IMG/VR virus record: IMGVR_UViG_3300005805_009577
Location: 64,001-128,000 of that record
Direction: 5' to 3' (one strand)
DNA from: a virus
DNA length: 64,000 nucleotides
The notes below the pieces were generated by a model. The model was given only the letters and a program-made list of their open reading frames with translations, was not told the DNA's origin and did not search any database. Both the position numbers and the translations under genes were made by a program. Positions within the stretch are counted from its first letter, which is position 1; each line of letters starts with the position of its first letter. Positions 52,817 through 60,413 of this stretch are shown here, piece after piece.

Positions 52817-53626
52817 ATGCCCGTCCAATTTAATTATAAAATTTACGCTACTATCGAAAAACAAGACAAAACACTAGAGCCTTTTATCTCCAAAAGCAAT
52901 AAGAGTAGTTATGAATATTCTAAAAGGGTCTTAAACCGACGCTGGCGGCCAGCAGAAGATATTATTTTAGATTGCTGTAGTAATCATTGGGCATATTATG
53001 ATAGTGCCGAATATGTTTATTTATATGCCAAAAATGTGATCAAAAAACGCTGGCCAGAGGGCGAAAAAGCTTTAATTGATTTTTATTCTAAGAGTAGATA
53101 TACCAAAACTAAACCAGAAGCACTAACTCTTTATGCCAAATACGTAATTAAAGGCCGCTGGAGAGAAGTAGAGTCTTTTATTCTTCAAGGAAATCAAATT
53201 GGAAATTACCTTGGAATATTAAAAAATCCAACAGATATTAAAGAATTTCAAAATGCAATACAACTTCATGCTCTAAAAGGCGTCGAAGCCGCTATAAACT
53301 TTAATACTTGGAAGCCTAATTTTAGTTTTAAAATTCCAGGGAAAAAAGCATTTGATGTAATGGTGGTGCGAAACCTTTATAAAGATCATATACAAAGAAG
53401 TGACAGGTCTCCAGATTATTTGGTTTTTCAACAAACAGAATGGTTGGATTTAGCAAAAGCTTATCATAACAAGAATCATTGTAGAACTAAACTTGGCTGT
53501 CATAGTTTAATTGATTTAAATGCAGAAGAAATTAGCAAAAATGTAACTTGGAATAATAATAGAAGGTATTATTATACTCCAAAAGATAAGATTCCAAAGG
53601 TTGAATTAAAGGTTAGTTCAAAGTGA
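52817..53626 (+). CDS. WPEAE-repeat hypothetical protein
   Basis: Three Y(A/S)K.V(I/L)..RW..(A/G/V)E repeats. Confidence 0.6.
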   Translation: MPVQFNYKIYATIEKQDKTLEPFISKSNKSSYEYSKRVLNRRWRPAEDIILDCCSNHWAYYDSAEYVYLYAKNVIKKRWPEGEKALIDFYSKSRYTKTKPEALTLYAKYVIKGRWREVESFILQGNQIGNYLGILKNPTDIKEFQNAIQLHALKGVEAAINFNTWKPNFSFKIPGKKAFDVMVVRNLYKDHIQRSDRSPDYLVFQQTEWLDLAKAYHNKNHCRTKLGCHSLIDLNAEEISKNVTWNNNRRYYYTPKDKIPKVELKVSSK

Positions 53627-53948
53627 CTTACGAAGAGTTAATAAATTGGTTTGATCTTTTTGAAAATGAAATAGTAACAAAAAGAAAGTTACTTAGAGGA
53701 TATGTTTTTTCTGGAGCGAGAATTGAAGTTTTTTCAGATGGCGGAGTAAGTATTGTTTTGACCCCTGGGGTTAGAGGGAAAACTAAAGAGGAAAGAAGTT
53801 GGGATGCTTATCGCCAACTAACTGACGAAAGTCCAGACCGAGAACTTTTTATTGATCTTGAAAGAATTGAATTAGAAAAAGTGGTTCGCGGAGAAAGGAT
53901 TATTTCCGAAACAGATTGGACTTGGACAGACGAAGAATAAATGATAGA

Positions 53949-54173
53949 ATGTCATGGAAGACAAAAATGAAAGAAAAAGTATTAGATTTTTTGAGAAATA
54001 AATTTAATCAACCAATAGATGAAAACTCATTTCTTGCTGAATTTAGTGAAGACAGCATGAGTAGAGTGGAAATTCTTTTTGAACTAGAGCGGTTGATTGG
54101 CAAAAAATTAAACGAAGAAGATATTTTAAACATTGAAACAGTTCAAGATTTAATTAATGTGGTGAGCAAGTGA
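53949..54173 (+). CDS. acyl carrier protein-like
   Basis: EDSMSRVEILFELE (DS phosphopantetheine site) and IETVQDLINVV, as in ACP. Confidence 0.75.
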   Translation: MSWKTKMKEKVLDFLRNKFNQPIDENSFLAEFSEDSMSRVEILFELERLIGKKLNEEDILNIETVQDLINVVSK

Positions 54174-54930
54174 GCAAAAAATCTGAGAAAGAAATTTTTA
54201 TTTTAGGAATGGTTTTAATAGCATTGGCTATAGGTTCTTATATTTTGCAAATACAAATGGAATTAAGAAAAATTAGAGCCCAAAAAAATATTTCTTATTT
54301 CGAATATACCTTAACCAACTTAAAATAAATAAAAGCATGCTTTTAGAAAATAAAAAGATAATATCTTTCAAAAAAGAAATTAGTGTTAAAGAGTTATGGG
54401 ATAGCATAAAAAATGAAGTTTACGAAATAGAAATTGAAACATATACAGTCGGAACTACTTATAATTTATATAAAATAAACAATTATAAAGTTAACAGAAT
54501 AGCAAGTAACTTTTTTAAATTAGATTATTTAAGTTTTCATTATAACTCTAATGGTGTAAATATTACCTGGGAATTTCCTTTAAACAGTATTGCAAAAAGA
54601 TCCGATGATGGCTTTATTTTAATTAATAGGCTTGATGGCGATGAATACTTTGTTAGTTTTTTTAAGAGAGAAAGAATTGTTGTTTAACTTAATATGAATT
54701 CAGATCTAAAAACTTTTATAAATCCAATAAAAGTGTCCGGAGCCGAAATTAAAGTCGGTGATATTTTCATACTAAACGAACATTTCCAAGCAAAAGTAAA
54801 AAGCATAAAAAGCTTATACCCAAAAGATTCAGAAATTATAATAAATTTTGAATTAGGTAGTGAAAATAATTTGCCTATAATAATTAACGGCAATGAATCT
54901 TATTCTATAAGGCCTTGTTAAGTTTGATGG

Positions 54931-54945
54931 TCTTTTCGGGGTACG
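54931..54945 (+). promoter_or_regulatory. T-run-GTACG motif copy
   Basis: tcttttcgggGTACG upstream of 54989. Confidence 0.65.
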
Positions 54946-54988
54946 GCCGGTAGTTGGTAGTCGAGAGAACAATACAAGGAACATTAAA

Positions 54989-55204
54989 ATGGCGTCGGTT
55001 ATTGTTGGAGAAAATATTGACCGTTTTCGTCTCCTTACTATTGCTAGTGCTTTGCGACTTGAAAGCAAAGGGCTTAAGGGCAAGATTAAGGCAAGTGTAA
55101 TTGCTCGACAAATTCTTAAGGCTAACGGAATTGTTCCTGCTAAACTGCTGGTAGAACTTTGCGAGCAGTTTAAGAACTTTGTTGTTGAAAAGAACAAGGA
55201 ATAA
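54989..55204 (+). CDS. hypothetical small protein
   Basis: AAGGA RBS; T-ending codon bias like other motif-headed genes. Confidence 0.6.
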   Translation: MASVIVGENIDRFRLLTIASALRLESKGLKGKIKASVIARQILKANGIVPAKLLVELCEQFKNFVVEKNKE

Positions 55205-55323
55205 AGAGTGAATAATAACATTGTTTTTTTACTTGATGAAATTTTTTACGTTCCCGGCTGGTTGCAGACCCTCTTGATCGAAAGTTTGATTGACGGTAAA
55301 ATGATTGTGGTTGATTAAAAAAC

Positions 55324-55396
55324 GGCCCCATAGTATAACGGTTCAGTATATCGGGCTTTCATCCCGAAGATCGGAGTTCGATTCTCCGTGGGGTCA
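55324..55396 (+). tRNA. tRNA-Glu(TTC)
   Basis: ggcccca/tggggtc acceptor stem; tcggg-ctTTCat-cccga anticodon arm; T-arm with ttcgatt loop. Confidence 0.93.
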
Positions 55397-55431
55397 TTTT
55401 AAAAATTAAATTAAAAGGTTTAAACGAAAAG

Positions 55432-55447
55432 CCCTTTTCGGGGTACG
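55432..55447 (+). promoter_or_regulatory. T-run-GTACG motif copy
   Basis: cccttttcgggGTACG between the two tRNAs. Confidence 0.65.
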
Positions 55448-55522
55448 GTCACTGGTTGACGATGGAAGGAAAGCCCGATATAATTAAAATTTTAAAGTAA
55501 AATAAAAACGACAAACAAAACT

Positions 55523-55595
55523 GGGTCATTAACTCAATTGGCAGAGTAGCTGGCTTTTAACCAGTAAGTTCTAGGTTCGAGTCCTAGATGACCCA
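55523..55595 (+). tRNA. tRNA-Lys(TTT)
   Basis: gggtcat/atgaccc acceptor stem; gctgg-ctTTTaa-ccagt anticodon arm; ctagg-ttcgagt-cctag T-arm. Confidence 0.95.
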
Positions 55596-55598
55596 CTA

Positions 55599-55700
55599 AT
55601 TGAACCGCTGATTAAGTTCAGCGGAGTTTGTCGCGGGTATCAAACTATATTCAATAACCGTAGAGTTTATGGGGAAATTTCTGTAAGACTGAAATGTCCC
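55599..55700 (+). ncRNA. candidate structured RNA downstream of tRNA-Lys
   Basis: attgaa/ttcaat closes two hairpins (ccgctga/tcagcgg and agtttg/caaact); an imperfect third hairpin follows. Confidence 0.4.
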
Positions 55701-55711
55701 TTTCTGGATAT

Positions 55712-56170
55712 ATGCGTAAAATAGTTTTTCTTGATGTTGATGGAGTTCTTAACGACCTTCATGTTCTTAGCACTAGAAGCGAACTAGGGACAGAACATCT
55801 TCTTAATTTTAAAAGCCTAGTACTTGCAACTAAGTGTGAAATTGTTTTAAGTAGTAGTTGACGAATAATTGAAGATTGGAAGCGAACTCTTAAACTTGCT
55901 TTTAAGGAACATAATATTCCTGTTTGGATAAGTGAAACTCCTAGATTAAACAGTACAGATTTCACAATAGTTCCAAGGCGAGATGAAATTTTACTTTGGA
56001 TAAATGAAAATATAACTGAACCTTCCAAAGTTATTGTATTGGATGATGAATGGGATGCTGATATAAATGGACACGGAATAAAGCATATAAAAGACAAATT
56101 TATACATACTAGCATGAACACTGGGTTGACACAAGATCACGTTAATATTGCTATAAGTTTTTTGTCATAA
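55712..56170 (+). pseudogene. second SAK-type HAD phosphatase with one in-frame TGA at a conserved Trp
   Basis: MRKIVFLDVDGVLN...IVLSSS*R...RRDEILLWI...IVLDD...NTGLT; TGA at 55859-55861; missing from the ORF track. Confidence 0.8.
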
Positions 56171-57341
56171 GAAGAAAAAATTATGAGCCATCCCGACCCA
56201 CTTTTTGATTATGAAAATTGTGAAGAAAACGATATTGAAGAAAGTGGAATAGACGGCATAGAAGGTTGCTACGACAAAAACGGATTATTTCACGAATACA
56301 TGAAAGAGGAAGGTTGGTACGGCCCTTTTGAGGAAAATAAATGAATTACTCTAACGAACACACAACAGATTGGGCTATTGGCGATAAAGATATGGAAACC
56401 ATCCTTTCTGCCCTTGAACATTATACAGAAAGCATGGTTAAGTTTCGTCATGTTCCCGGTATGCACGATTATATTACCTATGTTGAAGAATTGTGCCAAA
56501 GTATGGAAAATGCTTGGCATCCTAAACAAGAGGAAGAAAAATGAATACGAATGAAATTATTATTGATAAGATTATGGAAATCATTAAAGAAAACGATGAT
56601 TACACTGCTGCCGATGTAATCAAAAACATAATGCTTGAATTGGCAAGTGTTGGTGGAAATGTTGATCGAGAAGGCAGCGTCAATAGAACTATAGATATGG
56701 TTTGTGAAGAAACCTTTGGTTAAAAACATGGTTAAAATAAATTGGATAGGATTTGCTGGGGTAGAGAATATAAGAGACTTGTTGAATTATGGAACTAGAT
56801 TTAATAGTGGTGTGCCATATTCTTTTTTTCGAATTGGACCCATAATTATTAAAAAATATTTATAGGAAAAAACAATGACACGCGGAGAAATGATTGAGTT
56901 TGTTAATGACCAAACAGAAAAAACCGATAGAGAAAATGCTATCAGGCTGCTTGCGTATTTTCTTGAACACGACGACCCAGTAAATCCCGAGCTTTATTTT
57001 CAGCAAATGGTTGGCGGAGAATAATGGGAAATTATCACTACGATATATTACTTTTGCCGGTTATAGTCATGGCAATTATTGCATTGTTCACTAGCCTTAA
57101 TGATTATTAAATGAGAAATCCTAGTCAATTAATTAATATTCTAAATAATAGCAGCGGATCTGAGGGCTTTGAAAAGTTTGTCGATCAACTGACATTTGAA
57201 GAAATGACACAAATAATGATGATTGCAGAGTTGATTATCGAATGTCCTGAGTTGAGCAGTAAAAAGAATATTGATTTTAAAGAATTCTTAAATTATATGC
57301 AAAATAAGCGGAAAGCATTTATAGAAAAAAATTAGATAGCT

Positions 57342-57983
57342 TTGGTAATGATTAACAAAGGCATAAATCTATTCAAGAATAGAGTCAAAGACCCTCATGA
57401 ACTGGATTTGCTTTCTTCTCAAGAGAACATAAGCCTAGTCAAACAAATACTTGAGGGAGATAAACCAATAAGTTTTTTGGAAAGCATCATTGACATAGAT
57501 TATATAAGAAATAATGCTTTTGATGAAGACTTTATTGAAATGTTTGATGAAAACCGCACAGAAGAAATAGTGATTACTTTTTTCTCTTATGGCCATCCAA
57601 GTATTTATGGTTATTTTTTAAAAAGCAAAGATAACTTTAATAAGTACTTTAATCATATAAGTCATGAAAGAGTTCGAGAAATTAAAAGAATCTTTAAATA
57701 TTACAAAATAAATCCCAAAGAATTTGCTGTTAAAAATAATATAATTTTTCATACTTTGTTTGAAATTTGTTGTAAATATTTTAAAGATCTTGATGAAATT
57801 AACGGAGCCAAATATGAAGAATTACATGAATTGTGTAATTATTTTAAAATAAGTGTTAAAGATAGTTTTAAGGATGAAAATAGACTCTACAGGTGCAAAA
57901 TCTGTAGTGAAAGTTATAGAAATAAATTTCTTTTGGTTGAACATTTAGAAAAAAAACATAACTTAAAAATACTTAAAATTTAA
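57342..57983 (+). CDS. protein with C-terminal classical C2H2 zinc finger (paralog B)
   Basis: CKICSESYRNKFLLVEHLEKKH; LESIIDIDYIR...GHPSIY...LCNYFKISVKDSFKD aligns with 27411. Confidence 0.75.
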   Translation: MVMINKGINLFKNRVKDPHELDLLSSQENISLVKQILEGDKPISFLESIIDIDYIRNNAFDEDFIEMFDENRTEEIVITFFSYGHPSIYGYFLKSKDNFNKYFNHISHERVREIKRIFKYYKINPKEFAVKNNIIFHTLFEICCKYFKDLDEINGAKYEELHELCNYFKISVKDSFKDENRLYRCKICSESYRNKFLLVEHLEKKHNLKILKI

Positions 57984-58058
57984 TCTAAAATAAGAAAAGA
58001 TTTAAATATATGTTTATTTTAAATAAATTCAATCTAAATCTAGGTACGCTATAGCGTT

Positions 58059-58203
58059 GCATCAGGAATGTATGCCATTGAGCGTACAAGCAACCTGCCG
58101 ACGCAAGGCAAGGTGCTTTCAGTAACACTTGTTATTGAGATGTGCGTGAGAGGATTATCTCACGAACTATATTGCGTGGGTTATTATAACCCATTTCTGA
58201 TGC
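58059..58203 (+). ncRNA. candidate multi-stem structured RNA
   Basis: gcatcaggaa(tg)/(ca)tttctgatgc long-range helix enclosing cgtgaga/tctcacg, tgggtta/taaccca and tgcc/ggca hairpins. Confidence 0.5.
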
Positions 58204-58212
58204 GTTCCCGTT

Positions 58213-58569
58213 TTGGTGAATGCAATGATCAACCAAAAAGATTTATCTTTCCTAGAAGAATACTTTACTGATAAAGCTAATGAACGCCTTCCAGAAGGCA
58301 AATGGCCAATGTATATTTATAAAAATTCTATAATTGAATTCAAAGAAAATGATATACGAGTAGTAAACTTTTTAGAAGATCATGTAATAATAAAAATAAG
58401 TCCAAAAACTTATAACTGTTATCCCTCTTGTGCTGCATTTTGTGGTGGTGCATCAAAAGAAGTTATTGAAAAAACAAAAAGAACAATGAACCCAGAACCA
58501 ACAATATTGGCTGTGCCTAAAAAATTATCTAATACTATATTGTCTCTTAAAAATTTTAATAATAAATAA
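58213..58569 (+). CDS. hypothetical protein, IPxKLA C-terminal family
   Basis: Ends LAVPKKLSNTILSLKNF. Confidence 0.55.
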   Translation: MVNAMINQKDLSFLEEYFTDKANERLPEGKWPMYIYKNSIIEFKENDIRVVNFLEDHVIIKISPKTYNCYPSCAAFCGGASKEVIEKTKRTMNPEPTILAVPKKLSNTILSLKNFNNK

Positions 58570-59354
58570 AAATAAAAAACGCTGAAATTCATATTTATAA
58601 AAACCTTTAATTATTAGTATCCATGCTTCCACTTCCGAATAAAATTACATTTTTTGAGCAAGAACTAACCAAAAAAACAAAAGAAGAGTTAGAAAAAATG
58701 ATCAAAGAAATAGAAGAGTATAAGCCCATTAATTGGCTCAGTGCTATCGCTAAAACGTCTCAATTAGAAATACTCAAAAAACTACATATAGAAAAATAAA
58801 AATGAATAGTCAAAATATATTAGCGGCTGAGTTGGCAAATTATTTAATTAATAACTCTAAAGGAGAACGCTTGCTTGAAAGAACCGTAGCAATAATTGTT
58901 GCCTTAGAGTATGAGTCGGCTTGTATTTTCTTTAAAATAATAATGAGTGAAGGAAAAGAAGAAATAAAAACAAAAGCGTATCACAGTAAAATAATTGATA
59001 AGTGGATAAAAAAGAATAACAAAAAGATTACCGAGGATATTACTAATGGCAACGGAGTATTTGCAAGAGCAATTTAAGAAATACAATGGAAAAACCAGCT
59101 AAAAACACAAAAGGATATTTGCTATACAGTCCTTTTCGCAAAAAAGATCCATACTTTTTTAGAATTTATAATGAAGATGGTAGTTTTACTGACTATGATT
59201 TGAATATTGAAGAATTAGAAATAGAGATAATTTCAGAATTCGCTAGTTTTTATGAAGAAGGTGAAAACAAAAGAATAGATTGGAGTAGCGAAACTTTAGG
59301 CAAAAAAAATATTTAAAAATAGTATAAATAAAATAAACACCAGAGGATTAAATC

Positions 59355-60191
59355 TTGATAAAAACTATAGGGATAATAGGACAGGGATTCGTTGGAAATG
59401 CAGTAAAAGAAGGAATGAAAAGTTTTTTTAAAATAGAGACTTTTGATATTATAAAAGAAAAGTCTACAGCAATTAGTGTCGATGAGCTTTTCAAAAAATC
59501 AGATGTTATATTTGTTTGCTTGCCTACTCCTATGAAAAAGTCTGGCGAGTGTGATATAAGTATAATAGAGCCAGTAGTATCAAATATAAACTCGCTAGGT
59601 TCTAAGACAGTAATTTTAAAATCTACAATTCCTCCAGGAACTTGTGATTATCTTCAAAATAAGTGTGAAAATTTAAAAATAATATTTAACCCAGAGTTTT
59701 TAACAGAAGCGGCAGCAGTACAAGATTTTATTAATCAAAATAGAATAGTCTTAGGCGGAAAAGACGACAATGCTCTAAATGATGTTGAAGAAATGTTTAA
59801 AAAAGCTTTTCCAAAAGCAAATATCATAAAGACCACAACCAAAATAGCAGAATCAGTAAAATATGTAACAAATTGCTTTTTATCATTAAAGGTTTCTTTT
59901 GCAAATCAGCTTTATGACTTGTGCAATACTTGCGGCATAAACTATAATGAAGTAGTAGAAATATCAAAACTAGATAATCGTTTAGGAAATAGTCATTGGA
60001 AAGTTCCTGGGCCGGATGGAGATAGAGGGTATGGCGGACATTGCTTTCCTAAAGACATGCAAGCTTTTTTAAAGTTTGCAAAAAATAATAATATAGACAT
60101 GTCTTTAATAGAAGAAGCCATAAAATATAATGACACTATTAGAAAAGACAGAGACTGGGAAAAAATGAAGGGCAGAGCAGTCTCGGAGTAA
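59355..60191 (+). CDS. UDP-glucose/GDP-mannose dehydrogenase family protein (short, no C-terminal domain)
   Basis: IGQGFVG, VCLPTP, KSTIPPGT, NPEFLTE, KYVTNCF, GYGGHCFPKD catalytic Cys. Confidence 0.9.
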   Translation: MIKTIGIIGQGFVGNAVKEGMKSFFKIETFDIIKEKSTAISVDELFKKSDVIFVCLPTPMKKSGECDISIIEPVVSNINSLGSKTVILKSTIPPGTCDYLQNKCENLKIIFNPEFLTEAAAVQDFINQNRIVLGGKDDNALNDVEEMFKKAFPKANIIKTTTKIAESVKYVTNCFLSLKVSFANQLYDLCNTCGINYNEVVEISKLDNRLGNSHWKVPGPDGDRGYGGHCFPKDMQAFLKFAKNNNIDMSLIEEAIKYNDTIRKDRDWEKMKGRAVSE

Positions 60192-60413
60192 AGCATTTAT
60201 GAAAGTCAATATTAAAGAAGAACTAGAAAAATTAGATAGGAATGATTTTAATAAAGTTTGCAACTTAGTTGACAAAATAATAAAAGACATTAAAGAAGTT
60301 ACTAGAGATGCAGATATGGGCAATGAAATTATTTTTGATATGGTCATAGACTATATGATCGAATTAATAAATCCAGAATTATTAAAATTTTAGTAAAATT
60401 GATAAATAAATTT

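Noticed and set aside
55759-56121. Minus-strand 120-aa ORF
   Set aside because: Shadow of the TGA-interrupted HAD gene on the plus strand
58059-58203. Hammerhead ribozyme (CTGATG seen at 58197)
   Set aside because: The core needs CUGAnGA plus GAAA and a correctly placed NUH; here it is CTGATGC within the closing helix
58068-58271. 67-aa ORF as a real protein
   Set aside because: Atypical composition, no clear RBS, and it coincides with strong base-pairing; kept only as an alternative to the ncRNA
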